The notes under the pieces: generated by a model
The model's database searches: none
Told to the model about the DNA's origin: nothing
The model's input: the letters and a program-made list of their open reading frames with translations, nothing else
Source: Mobula birostris
Taxonomy: Eukaryota
Direction: 5' to 3'
Length of the DNA: 64,000 nucleotides
Assembly: GCF_030028105.1 (NCBI RefSeq)
Contig: NC_092383.1
Location: 98,107,604-98,171,603, forward strand
Translations under genes and position numbers: made by a program
Shown: piece by piece, positions 14,237 to 27,191 of the stretch
Numbering within the stretch: the first letter of the stretch is position 1
Layout of the letters: each line of letters starts with the position of its first letter

Positions 14237-17200
14237 ATCATGTGATGCTACTGTGGTTCTTTTTGAAATATCAGGGTATAAATCGCTAAATTTCATGATC
14301 AACAGCTTCATCTGCTGCCGCTGCTGTGGCTGTCAATGAGCCAATTTCTCATCAAGACCTTCCAAAACAGTCGAATTTGTCAATCTGGCTGAAATAATGT
14401 TTGATTTAAAATAGGCCTCAGATGGAAGCGCTGGTGAATTTCCAGAGAGTTCAGATTCAGTGTTATTGACAACAACCATCACAGCTGCTATTTGTTTCTC
14501 ATGATACAGTTTAAGCATGTTTACGTGACAAAGCTACTTGGCCTTCGTCTATCTGGTATTTTGATGACATAATCCACATCATTGACTTTAGACACAATTT
14601 TTTAGGGACCATGAAACTTAGCTTGCAGAGGGTTCATTTGCACAGGGAAAAGAACCAATACCTTATCTCCTGGCTTGAATGACCTCATTCTGGCTTCCTT
14701 ATCATAACAAGTTTTCATTCTTTCCTGGGCTAATTTTAAATTTTCCCTTGCTAAGTTGCAAGTCCTTTGCAATCTGTCTTTGAATTTTAAAAGATAGTCC
14801 AACAAATTAATATGCAGGTCATTATTAACCCACTGCTCTTTTAATAATGCCAAAGGTCCTCGGACCTGGTGTCCAAACACAAGTTCAAAGGGGCTAAAGC
14901 CTAGGGACTCTTGCACTGACTCCCTTACTGCAAATAGAAGCAAGTGAACTCCCTCATCCCAATCCTTCTCATTTTCAATACAAAATGTCCTCATCTGGTT
15001 TTGAGGCTAGAATGAAATTTTTTTAAGGCCCCTTGGGATTCTGGGTGGTATGCAGATGATGTAATTTGTTTGGTTCCCAGTTTGTAAACTATTTGCTGGA
15101 ATAATTCTGACATAAAAATTACTTCCTTGATCAGACTGGAGTTCTTTAGGCAAAACAAATAGGGTGAAAAACTTTCTGAGAGCCTTTGACATGGTTGGAG
15201 ATTTTATATTCCTGAGAGGTATTGCTTCCAGGAATCTAGATGCTGTACACATAATGATTAGCAAATACTGATGGCCGGCTTTAATCTTGGACAATGGGCC
15301 AACACAATCCACAATAACTTTTGCAAAGGCTTCACCAAATGCAGGAATAGGGTGCAGTGGGGCCACTGGGGTGAGCTGATTAGGTTTACCCACAACCTGC
15401 CAAGTGTGACAAGCCCAGCAAAATGTCGCAACATCTTTCCTCAAACTAGGCCAGAAGAATTGTTTCAAAACCCTGTCCACAGTTTTGTTCACACCCAGAT
15501 GGCCACCCAAGGGCATACTATGGGCCAAAGTTAAAATCTCATTCCTATAGACTCTAGGAACCACAACCTGGTGAACAATTTCCTATTTCTCGCTTGCAGG
15601 AATATCAGATGGTCTCCACTTCCTCACTAACACCCCATCCTTAAAATAATACGAAACTGGTACTTTCTCAATCTCATCACCTGGGAGATCTTTTTCTCTC
15701 AATGCAACAATCCCAGGGTCTCTGGTCTGTTCTGCCATGAACTCCGTCCTGGAAAAAGACAAATCTTTATTGTCAGTCCTAACACAAGGATCATGGTCCA
15801 ATAATGAAAGAAGGAAAGTGACTGCAAGTCATCAAAACCTGGGTAGCGGAACTATGCTGCACAGAACTATCTGCGTTTGCAAGCTTCTCAGCCATAGCTC
15901 GAGTTATTGCACAGGATGGATACATGTTACAAACCATCTTTGGATCATCAGTGGTTGGCTTAGTTATCAGCTGCACAGCAGGGACAACTTTGCCACCTGC
16001 TAGGTCATTCCCTAACAACAAAGAAACACCTTACACCAGTAAACTGGGTCGTAGTCCTATCTTAACAGGTCCTGAAACTAACTCTGACTTCAAAATTACC
16101 TTGTGCAGAGGTACAGAAACAATATCATCCCCAATGCCTTGAATAAGATTTACCTCACCAATGGCAGTTTCATCACTAAACTTTAGAACACTGTCTAACA
16201 AGAGTGATTGAGAAGCCCCAGTATCTTGAAGAATTTTCACTGGTACCGGTGATGACCCTTCATTCACTGAAACAAGCCCCTCTGACACAAAAGGCATGAA
16301 CTCTTTCCTGACCAGGTCAGGCGTCTCAGCCTTTGACAGAGCTTCATCAGAAGGTCCGGAACCCTATGGGTTTATAGTTGTTTCAACATATTGAACACAG
16401 GCATCTGGAACTGCCTCCTTTTCCTTCCTCTTCTTTAGGAGGAAACAGTTAGCTATAACATGTCCAGCTTTCCTGCAATAGTGACAAATAGGACCAGAAT
16501 GCCTCCCTTCATCTTTACCTTTGTCACTAGTCCCAGTTTTAATTTCTGGTTTACCCTGACTATCCATACTACTCTTTTGGAAAGTCTTACTCAGGGTAAA
16601 CTTAAACTTGTGGGTTAAGGCAAACTCATCTGCTAATTTAGCAGATTTTTGCCAAGTGGCCGCATCCTTCTCATCTAAATATGTCTTTATGTCATTATGG
16701 ATGCACCTTTGAAATTCTTCAATTAAAACCAACTCTTTCAATTTGCTGAAATCATCGTTCACATTTTTAGATGTGCACCATTGTTCAAAACACATAGACT
16801 TCTCATAAGCAAATTCCACAAGTCTGGTTCACAGATTTCCTCAAATTCCTAAACCTTTGCCTATCAGCTTTAGAACCAGTTCATAGGCTTTAAGCACAGC
16901 TTGTTTTACTGTCTCATAGCTAGCTGCATCATCAACTGGTAGGGAAGAATAAGCTTGCTGAGCTTTACCTTTAATTACACTTTGCAACAGGAGAGCCCAA
17001 CACCCCCTTGGCCACTGTAGGCTCTGAGCAACTTTCTCAAAATGCTGAAAATATTTGTCAGCCTCAGCCTCATCAAATGGAGGGACCAATTTAACTTCCC
17101 GACTGGCAACAAACTTATCCCTAGATCCAGAACTCCCTTTGACTCTCGAGCCTTAACTTCTCTATCTCAAACCGCCTTTGTCCTCTAATTTAACTTTCTC

Positions 17201-17551
17201 CTGCTCAAACTTTAAATGTTCCAGCCATAACTGGAGCTCAGGGTTATCTGGTTTATTTTCAGGAAACAATTCTAACACCGTCTCTTCAAACACCTTTGTA
17301 GATACATAAATCTCAGCTACTCTCCTCTGAATCTCTGCCTTTCTCATAGCCAACTTTACCGCAGTAAGTTCCAGCTTTTCAGCAATGAGCAGCAAGTCTT
17401 TCTTTTTGGCTTCCACTAATGCCTCAGAGGTTGGTGATATCATAAATGTATCAATATCCATTGCTGCTGGTTTCCAAACACAAGTCAATCAAAAGGGAAG
17501 TAACCAATCAAATTGATAATCAATCAATCAATAAGCTCCAATTTTGTTCAA

Positions 17552-17569
17552 ATCCCGGATGAGCCCCCA
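17552..17569 (-). promoter_or_regulatory. Primer-binding site, tRNA-Pro
   Basis: TGGGGGCTCATCCGGGAT lies 5 nt inside the 5' LTR, one mismatch from the canonical tRNA-Pro PBS TGGGGGCTCGTCCGGGAT. Confidence 0.85.
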
Positions 17570-17574
17570 ATTTA

Positions 17575-18192
17575 TGTTACGTACCAGCAGCAATAGTTGA
17601 CAAAATGAGTCAGATTTTAATGTTAAAATCACTATATTTATTAGTATCTACTCAAAAATATAGAAAATTAAATGAAGTAAACAGAAGTTAACAGTGTTAT
17701 GTGTGTGTGTGGCTCACAAACTGTCAAACTTAGAAACAGTTCTTAAAGTCTTAAGATGGCAAACTACAAAAGGTCCAGTAATCCACAGAGTAAGTGAGGG
17801 GAGAAGCTTGTAAATCCACATTAAAATGTAGAGAGGAGGTGACTAGGAAGAATTCCACAGGTTCCACACTGGGAAAACAAAGTAACGGTCACCGAAGATC
17901 TTATCCATCGAGTCATTCCGAAATCCACATAGAAATATCACAAGGTAACAGTCACGAAATATTCCTTAGCATAAGTGGTTGCCACATAACATACCCAAAA
18001 CATGTAAGGGTTAACAAAGGCGGTCGCCACAGGGTACTCCAACAAAATCCACGTGTGGATCATACGAAGTGACAGTCACAGGTTCACTCTGCACTGGGTG
18101 CTGTTGATCAACCCAATTCTCAGGGCAAGGGGAAGTATCAGACTTTATCCATTGCTGCAGCAAGCTACTGCCAGCAGTGTGCAATCCAAAGC

Positions 18193-18232
<40 letters not shown>

Positions 18233-18381
18233 CCTCCCTCCCTCCTTCCTCCACCCCCCCACCTTTCTTTCTGAAAATCCCAGTGGCCTGCATGTAGCTT
18301 GTTATACTGAGGTCATAGTTCCGCCTCATTTAGGTGTTTTAAAGTGACACCCACAGTAAACGAAACCGTGGTCACGTAACA
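17575..18381 (-). repeat. 5' LTR of the minus-strand Gmr1 element
   Basis: Direct repeat of 11297-12063 with TGTTAC/GTAACA termini. Confidence 0.9.
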
Positions 18382-20605
18382 AGTCTCTACGAAGTTTTGC
18401 CAACACATCCAGGTGAGCACACGGTGGGGGGGGGGGGGGTCGGGGAAGCATACACCACCATGGATACTCTCCCTCCCACCATGCTTACAAAGCAATTCTT
18501 TGCTCTGCCCATTTGGAAAATTGGATCACTCCTCCATCTTCCTGCTGCCAAAGTCTAGGCTGAAGCTGAAACAAGGGCAATCGTAGTTAAAACCATCCAC
18601 TGTTGGTCAGATCAATCAGACTCCATGCTACAGGACTGCTTTGATAGCATCAACTGGAATGTCTTCCATGATGAGGACGTGTTCGAGTTCACAGAAGCGG
18701 TCACAAGCTTCGTCCGGAAATGCATCGAGGACGTTGACCCCCAAAACTCGGTCAGGGTCTCTCCAAACTGGAAACCTTGGATCAACATTTCCGTACGGGC
18801 AGCACTTACCGCACGACGCAGAGCTTACGTTGCCAGCAATCAGCAGGAGCTCAAGAAATGATCTGCGCAAAGTCATCAAGGCAGCGAAACAACAAAATAA
18901 GGACAAGATCCAGACACAATTTTCCACCAGCAACACACGCAGTTTATGGTAAGATCTGCACACCATCGCAGACTTCAAAGCTAAACTCAGTGGGGTTTCT
19001 AACATCGCTGCCCCTCTCCCAGATGAGCTAAATCTTTTTTCGCGTGATTCAATGTTGCCAATACTGAGCCCCTGGGGAGACACGCAGATGACACAACCAG
19101 CAGCTTGGTCATCTCTGAGGCTAAAGTACACAGGTGTTTCCAACGGGTGGACAGTCGCACGGCTGCGGAACCAGACAGCTTCCCAGGGGAGATACTCAGG
19201 ATGTGCACACCACAACTGTCAGGTGTGTTTACAGACACTTTTAATCTCTCCCTCTCCCAGTGTAGAGTGCCCTCCTGCCTCAAACCATCCATCATTGTCC
19301 CTGTACCTAAAAAGACCAAGGTTACATGTCTTAATGACAGGTGTCCTGTCGCTCTCACCTCAATAATGAGCACCTCAAATGCTTTGAGAGGCTGGTCAAG
19401 GACTACATCTGCGGCAAGCTACCACCCAAACTGGACCTCCTACATTTGGCCATCCAACACAACTGATGGACAGATGACGCAATAGCCACAGTTCTAACCA
19501 TTGTCCTTACACATCTGGAGAATGATGCTTCTGTGAGAATGCTGTCCTTCGGCTACAGTTCAGCATTCAACACCATAATTCCCTCCAGGCTCAACAAGAA
19601 GCTCAGAGACCTCTGCCTTCACCCTGCCTTCTGTAGCTGGATCTTGGACTTCCTATCTGATCACTGGCAGGTTGTAAGAGTGGGCTCCCTCACCTCCATC
19701 CCTCTGACTCTGAACACAGGTGCCCCTCAGGGCTGTGTACTAAGCCCCCTCCTTTACTCTCTGTATACCCATGACCATGTTGCCACCCACAGCTCCAATC
19801 TGCTAATTAAATTTGCTGATGACATTACACTGCTTGGCCTAATCTCAAATAATAATGAGGCAGCCTGCAGAGAAGTCATCACCCTGACACAGTGGAGTCA
19901 AGAAAACAAACTCTCCCTCAATATTGCAAAAACAGAGGAACTAGTTGTGGATTCCAGGAGAAATGGAGACAGGCTAACCCCTATTGACATCAACGGATCT
20001 GGGACTGAGAGTGTGAACAGCTTTAAGTGCCTCAGTATCCACGGCACCAAGCATCTCACGTGGTCTGTACACACTGCTGTGTAGTGAAAAAGGTACAACA
20101 GTGCCTCTTTCACCTCAGACAGTTGAAGAAGTTTGGTATGGACCTCTAAATCCTAAGAATTTTCGACAGGGGCACAATTGAGAGCATCCTGACTGGCTGC
20201 ATCACTGCCTGGTACAGGTACCATACTTCCCGCAACCACAGGACTCTGCAGAGAGTGGTGTGGACAGCCCAGCTTGTGAACTTCCCACTATTCAGGACAT
20301 TTACAAAGACAGGTGTGTGAAAAGGGCCCGAAAGATCATTGGGGACTCAAGTCACCCCAACCACAAACTGTTCCAGCTGCTACCATCTAGGAAACAGTAC
20401 CACAGCATAAAAGCCAGGACCAACAGGCTCCGGGACAGCTTCTTCCACCAGGCCATCAGACTGATTAACTCATGCTGCTACAATTGTATTTCTATGTTAT
20501 ATTGACTATCCAGTTGTCCGTACTATTTATTGTAAATTACTATAAATTGCACATTGCACATTAAATGTAAAGAACTTTACTCCTCATGTAGATGAAGGAT
20601 GTAAG

Positions 20606-21145
20606 TAATAAAGTCAATTCAATTCGACAGTTTTGGGCCCTCATTTAAGGAAGGATGGGCTCACATTGGAGAAGGTTCAGAGGAGGTTCGCAAGAATGAT
20701 TCTGGGAATGAAGGAGTTCTCATATTAGGAGCAATTGTTGGCTTTGGGCCTGTATTCGCTGGAAATTAAAAGAATGAGTGGGGAATCTCATTGAAATGTA
20801 TCAAATATTGAAAGGCCTAGAGAGAGAGTAGATGTGGAGAGGATGTTTCCTGTGCTGGGGGAAGTCTAGGAGCAAAGGGCACAACCTCAAATAGAGGGGT
20901 GTTCCTTGAGAACAGAGATGAGGAGGATTTTCTTTAGCCAGAGAGTGGTGAATCTGTGGAATTCATTGCCACAGTTGGCTGTGGAGGCCAAGTCATTGAG
21001 TGTATTTAAGGTGAAGTTTGATAGTTTCTTGATTAGTCAGGGCATGAAGAAATACGGGGAGGAGAATGGGATTGAGGGGGAAATATATCAGCCATGTTGA
21101 AATGGCAGACAAAATTCGATGGGCTGAATGGCCCAATTCTATTCA
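20606..21145 (+). mobile_element. CR1 3' fragment
   Basis: MRTEMRRIFFSQRVVNLWNSLP plus a 3' UTR ending catatggtcttatgg. Confidence 0.8.
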
Positions 21146-23194
21146 TATGGTCTTATGGAGTCTCAGGATGAACAAGATGATTATTACCTGCTCCACCCCT
21201 GCCTTCCTCAGGCACGGTTTCAACAATGCCCATGCCAAATGGCGTCTCCTGGGTACTCGCTGAGGTCAAAATCAGCCAGTGCCTTGCCACAGATGGAAGC
21301 TCTCAGTAGCACCATGGGAGACGGAAGGTGGGCTGACGCAGAGGGGATCAGAAAAAAATTGATGTAAAAGTACCTTGAATTGAACTAGCAGAAGGTCTAA
21401 GAAAACATCTCGCTCACTCTGTTATTGGTGTAATATACACAGTGTTGTACAAAAGACAATGAGATTAATGAACATGTAGAATAAAGATGTAGAACACATC
21501 TGTAACGTTTACAAGAATTTTCTGCGTTCACTCTGAAAGCAGGGACTCCGTTTTGATAAATGTTATTGCAAATCTGTTGGAATCTTTTTTAAAGGAAATG
21601 TATACTGTTATTTTTGTGAGATGAGAAGTGTTTGATAAAATTGTGAGTGTTTTGCAATATTGCTTCGGGCAATTACAACATCAAAAGATTGAAACTGTTA
21701 AGGGGAATGAGGACAATACTTGTGTGAGGAATCGTCACTCCCCAGACAACCCGTTTGTTCAACCTTTGTTTATGCCTTCTGTTTTCTAATCCAGGCAACA
21801 GTCTGGTGAACCTGTACTGCACCCTCTCCAAAGGCTCCACATCTTTCTGTAAAGCAGTGAACAGCACTGCACAAATCTTCCAAATGGGGCTCAAACTAAG
21901 TTTTATACAGCTGCAACATGATTTCCCAGTTTTCACAACCAGAATCTTGATTTCAACATTGAAGTGAAGTTTGAACAGTAGAGTTTTGGAGGGCTATGGT
22001 CAATGGGAGTAGGCAGTTTAAATGGGTCAGCATGGACTAGAAGGGCCAAAGGGCCTGTTTCTATGCTGTACTTCTGTATGACTCTAAGGCTCAAACAGAG
22101 AAGACAAGCATTGAGTGTTCAGAGGGGATTATGAAGATAACTGGTGATGGTGGGGCAGTGAATACTGTTTACATGGATCATGATAAACCATTTGATAAGG
22201 TTCTCATGCCTCACCACAGAAACAGAGAGAGCCAGATCCAAGGTGCCCAACTAATGTTGCCTGGTAATTCATCGCTATCCCCTTTCTTCCCTCTTGTCCT
22301 TCCTCCAACTCAGCATCCTCGTCAACTTCCTTCCTTCCTTCCCCACAAAACAGCCCTGGACCTGATCCCAGTTGCTGGCTCTGGAAGGGTCCTGGGCCAC
22401 ACACTTCCAAACAGTTGAACAGCTGGACTGCTCCATTTCCAGAATTAGCAACAGGTTGACTCTGCGGTTACAGCCTGAGCAACTTCCTCTTCCCTCGTAG
22501 TCACTGATAAGCAGGCTTCTGTTTTTCTGTGTCTAACCCCTACCCTGACAGCACAGAGGGAGCTGCACTTTGGATCTAACCCGTGCCCTCGGAATGTGAT
22601 AGTGTGACTGTTGTGGCAAGGTGAGGGTTAAGCAGATGTGTGCAAACAGCCCAGGCAAGAAAGATCATTGAAGGTCATAGCTTCCCTTTGCATACAGGGA
22701 GCTAGAGCCACTTAGGCACAAGGATTCAAGGCACACACATCAACTAGGGGACGACGACTTAACTAACATCAAGGTCTCATCAGTTTCTCGGTTGTAGTTC
22801 TCATTAACTTTTAGCATCTGCATTGTGGATGGTGATTGATCCTGCAGATAAGGAGCTTGACCAGACACAGTTTACCAAATGGTCAATATCTGTAACTGCT
22901 TGTTGATTCATTATAAATTGAATTGATAAGGTTTAGTGACGGACCCGTGTTGTTCTCCAAGAGGCACAGTGTGATTGAAGAACGACTGAATCTTCAGTGT
23001 CCAGTTAATCGGCAACAACAATGGGATATTGTCTACATTGTGTGAAGTAGACATTGTACAGGGGTTTCACTCTCCATTTACCCCGCTCTGTCTCTCCCTG
23101 GGAATTTGTGATGCAGAAATACCCAGCCAACAAGTAACACAGACCCTGGAGAGAAGGAAATGAAACACAAAGACATGTTATGAATAAAACTCAC

Positions 23195-23255
23195 ATGTGA
23201 AGACGGAGATGGAGAGAGTCAGGCAGGAACAGATCAGCAGTGGCCCAGTGATCAT
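23195..23255 (-). CDS. Signal-peptide exon (probable exon 1 of SLAM-family gene 1)
   Basis: aagATG start gives MITGPLLICSCLTLSISVFT plus 1 nt, followed by donor GTGAGT at 23194. Phase 1 matches the IgV exon (T|CT = Ser). I found no better hydrophobic leader exon between 238 and 23195. Confidence 0.65.
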
Positions 23256-23975
23256 CTTTCTCAGGGAAGGGTCAGCGGCTGGTGGGCGACCGCAGGAATA
23301 TTCTTCTCGCTGTGGGTCCCTGGTGGTGTGCAGCTCGCTTGTGTGGCAAGAACGTAGAGGCACAGTGTGAGGCAGAGAAGTGAGCTGGAGGAGGTGTGTT
23401 CATAAGTAGAAAGCCACAGTATTGGATGTCAAGAGCAAACTATCTGACGACAGTGTTTCTGAGAGAGGAACTAATTATTCTTCCCCACCCCACTCAGAAA
23501 TAAAATTCTACAGTATCTTAGGGAGATAATTCCAAGTCAACCCTCCACCATCCCGGGTGTAAAAAGAAACGCTCCCTATCTCTGTCCTGAACGGCCAACC
23601 CCTCATTCTGAGTGTGACCACTAGTCTAGACAACCCTGCCAGGAAAAACATTCCCTCTAGACACACCGTCTCAAGGCCTAGAGATTGGATGCTTCAGTGA
23701 GATTACCTCTCGGGTTTCAAAATTACAGAGAGGACAGTCACCTCCTGCTTCATCTCTCTCCATGGGACAGAATGTATTAGCACAATGCTGTTTGTGGGAT
23801 CTCACTGTGCTCATCGCCTGCTGTGTTTCTCTGGATGTTAAAAGATTTTAGATCAACTGAGGCAGGGGATGTAATCATATCCCCTGAGAGCCATTACTGC
23901 CAGGACAAGAAGGCAGCAGGGATCACAGTGAGATGGGGTCAACAGGCAGGACACACTGGAATAACATGGCCTCAC

Positions 23976-24565
23976 AGGGACAGGTGTGTGACAGTGTACC
24001 CAAGTAACTGGGCGTGGGGGGGACAGTGTACTCAGTGACTGGGTGTGGGGACAGTGCACACCAGTGACTGTGTGTGGGGGGACAGTGTGCCCCAGTGACT
24101 GGGTGTGTGGGGGTGACAGTGTATCCCAGTGACTGGGTGTGTGGGGGGGGACAGTGTACCCAGTGACTCGGTGTGGGGACAGTGCACACCAGTGACTGTG
24201 TGTGTGGGGACAGTGCACACCAGTGACTGGGTGTGTGGGGGTGACAGTGTATCCCAGTGACTGGGTGTGGGGGAAACGTGTGCCCAAGTGACTGGGTGTG
24301 TGGTGACAGTTCACACCAATGACTAAGTGTGGGGGTCAGTGTACTCAAGTGACAGGGTGTGTGGGGAACAGTGTACCCCAGTGACTGTGGGTGTGGGGGG
24401 GACAGTGTATCCCAGTGACTGTGTGAGGGGACAGTGTATCCCAGTAACTGGTTGTGTGGGTTCAATGTACCTTTGTGACTCGGTGTCTGTGGGTTAGTGG
24501 CCCAAATGACTGTGTGTGGAGGGAGGGACAGTTTACCCCAGTGACTGGTTGTGTGGGGACAGTCC
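23976..24565. repeat. ~30-bp GC-rich minisatellite (GGGACAGTGTACCCCAGTGACTGGGTGTGG), short array
   Basis: About 19 imperfect units; same unit as 55445-57900. Confidence 0.9.
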
Positions 24566-24579
24566 CCCCAGATCAACTT

Positions 24580-26265
24580 CAGGAGTGTTTCCCAAGAGCT
24601 GGTGATATTAGAGCGGAGGGGAAGGCTGGAGTGTTCAGGGAAGGTAGGGTGGGAGGGAGGTAGATGTTCTGAGGACCCAAGAGTTGACAGTGAGGTTTGA
24701 GGGATACGGGGTTGCAGAGTTGTGGTGGGGGAAGGGGCTCTAGACGTCTAGTGGCAGCATGTAAAGTCTCGACCTGGAGGTACTGGTGGTCAAAGTCCAA
24801 GCTGGAACTGGAGCTAGGGGGTCACACAATTAGCAGTTTGAAGGAGCCCGGGGTTGTAGGAATGGCATTGATAGTGGTGTAAGGCCAAATTTGGAGTATT
24901 GTGTACAGTTCTGGTCACCGAATTATAGGAAGGATGTCAGGAAAATTGAGAGAGTCCAGAGAAGATTTACCAGAATGTTACCTGGGTTTCATCTCCTAAG
25001 TTACAGAGAAAGGTTGAACAAGTTGGGTCTTTATTCTTTGGGGTGTAGAAGGTTGGCGGAGGGAACTTGATAGAGGTGTTTAAAATTATGAGAGGGATAG
25101 ATAAAGTTGACGTGGATAGGCTTTTTCCATTGAGAGTGGGGACATGAGAGTTAAAGGGCAAACGTTTAGGGGTAACATGAGGGGGAACTTCTTTACTCAG
25201 AGAGTGGTAGCTGTGTGGAACGAGCTTCCAGCAGAAGTGGTTGAGGCAGGTTCGATGTTGTCATTTAAAGTTAAATTGGATAGATATATGGACAGGAAAG
25301 GAATGGAGGGTTCTGGGCTGAGTGCCAGTCGGTGGGGCTAGGTGAGAGTAAGAGTTTGGCACGGACTAGAAGGGCCGCGAGGGCCTGTTTCCCTGCTGTA
25401 ACTGTAACATGGTCACGTGGTTATATGGAATCCTGGTTCTAAATCTGTTCAGGTTCATTGGAACTAGTGTTGGTGATGGTAGTGTCGTGCTCCAGAGGTG
25501 CCCAGAGCCGTCAGAGCAAGCAGTGGAGTCTGAGAGATTCATCATCTGGGGACGTCGGATGGAACTGAGCTCTGACTGGGAGTCAGCAGTGATCGTGATC
25601 TGGGGGGGGGGAGGGGTGTTCCAGGGCCGTCGGAATCGCAGATGGTGGGATCTGAGATCTAGGGACGGGTGACCATCCGATCCTTGCTGGATGCGAGGGG
25701 CGAAAAGAACCGGCGGTTGAAGGCATGGATCTGGTAGAGGATAAAATATTGGAGAGGTCTATGGCAGGCGGAGGAAAAAGAGGCCCAGAGTTGCGTAAGA
25801 GACTAAGATAGGACCACCAGATATCTCCAAATAGCAGAAAGGGTGGCAGAAAGGGAGAAGCAGTCAATTGAATGTGAGTGACTGGGGTCCTCGGTGGATC
25901 AGAACAGAGAAGGCCGAAAGCAGATCTGGAAGTCATGTGGCACAAGATGGCGACGAAGGCGAGCTCCCAGGAAGGATAAATGGCTGTGGTAGCCGGTCTG
26001 GGTGAGCATGTGGTCGAAGAGTTGGAGGGCAGCAGAGACCACAGAGCAGAACCAGTGAGAGAGGGTTTCACTGAACTCTCATTGAAGGGAAGATTTAAAT
26101 TTCTTCAGGGTAGGCATCCCTCAGAGAGACTTTGCAGTGGAGTAAGCATGAGAAAATCTGTAGATCTGGAAATCCAGAGCAACACACACAAAATGCTGGA
26201 GGAACTCAACAGGTCAGGCAGCATTAATGGAAAAGAAAAAATCAGTTGACATTTTGGGCACTTCG
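24580..26265 (-). mobile_element. Penelope-like element fragment (terminal repeat plus N-terminal ORF region), interrupted by CR1
   Basis: Minus frame VVSAALQLFDHMLTQTGYHSHLSFLGARLRRHLVPHDFQICF, and the terminal motif acacacaaaatgctggaggaactcaacaggtcaggcagca (a similar copy is at 55300-55435). Family assignment is from recall. Confidence 0.5.
24878..25410 (+). mobile_element. CR1 3' fragment nested in the Penelope-like element
   Basis: ttggagtattgtgtacagttctggtc; RGNFFTQRVVAVWNELP; 3' UTR ending ctgtaactgtaac. Confidence 0.85.
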
Positions 26266-27191
26266 CCTCTTCACCCAGGTCAACCATTCTAGATGTTGAA
26301 TACATTTTTCTCACTCAGACAGCCCCAGCTGACCTGCGCTGAGCAATTGGGATGGGGACGGAGTTCACTGATGTGAGTAAAAGAACAATCCTAGTCATTG
26401 ATTCCTTTAGGTCCACAACTCTATTCTAGCTCTACTGTTACATGCTCAAGGAGGTCTGTTTTTTTTTGTGAGAATGATGTAATGGTCTTTTGGAGGTCAC
26501 CTGATGTGATTTTCCCGCCGATGTGAGGTCACATGATGACATGTACCCCCCCCCCCCCCGTTCCATTGACGGATAGAGGTAGAGAGATTTCAGCATTTGT
26601 AACCCCATCTGGGTTATATGAATATAATGTTCTTCCATTTGGGATGAAGAATGCACCAGGTACTTTTCAGAGGATGATTAATAGCGTGATTCAGGGATTA
26701 AAAGATACAGATGCCTATATTGATGATTTGGTTACAGGAAATAACATGTAGAAAGCACATATTATGGTGGTGGAGAAATTATTTGAGAGACTTTCAAAAG
26801 CTAACTTAACTATTAACTTAGCTGAAAGTGAATTTGGTCATGCCACTGTGACAGTTAAGGAAAAAGGTTAGGGAAATTAGACTCCAATTTAATACCACAG
26901 TTTAATGTTACAGGAGTACAATATTTTGATCACTCTTATTAAGGGTAAAGACAATGTTTGTCAATCAATGATTGTTTGTCTAGATGTTAAATGTACAATG
27001 AAAATTTGTTTTTTTGGAGCAATATTTTAACATTTGTAACACTCCTACTGTACATTAGTTTGTAAAGGGCTGAAAGATAAGATTGTATGTATTGTGTATT
27101 TTGTAAATTTTATACATTTGTATTTTTTTTTGTATAAACTGTTAAAATTTTGTTCTTCAAGAGACCAACATTTTTTTTTTCTGGAGGGAGT

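Larger units (their letters stand above)
11297..18381 (-). mobile_element. Gmr1-like Ty3/gypsy LTR retrotransposon (gag-PR-INT-RT-RH), degenerate
   Basis: TGT..ACA LTRs at 18381-17575 and 12063-11297 with an AGTC TSD on both sides. Gag with CHYCRKAGHVIANC knuckle, PR ILQDTGASQS, INT HSMPLGGHLG..CWAC..DCVGP (15564-14600), then RT YIDD (13341-12505) and RH VYTDHNPL. Confidence 0.95.
10495..20605 (+). mobile_element. Rex1/Babar-type LINE (~3 kb, EN-RT), split at 11296/18382 by an LTR element
   Basis: Left part: CFVETWL and IVTGDFN. Right part continues the endonuclease (KFCQHIQVSTRG..GKLDH) and RT (GAPQGCVLSPLLYSLYTHD..KFADD). Tail aataaagtcaattcaattc. Confidence 0.85.

Noticed and set aside
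21188-21259. 72-nt phase 1-1 candidate cassette exon in intron 1 (STQETPFGMGIVETVPEEGRGGA)
   Set aside because: Weak acceptor, no homology, and SLAM leaders normally splice straight to IgV; would need RNA evidence.
23853-24576. Repetitive ORFs of 150-217 aa
   Set aside because: Same minisatellite artefact.
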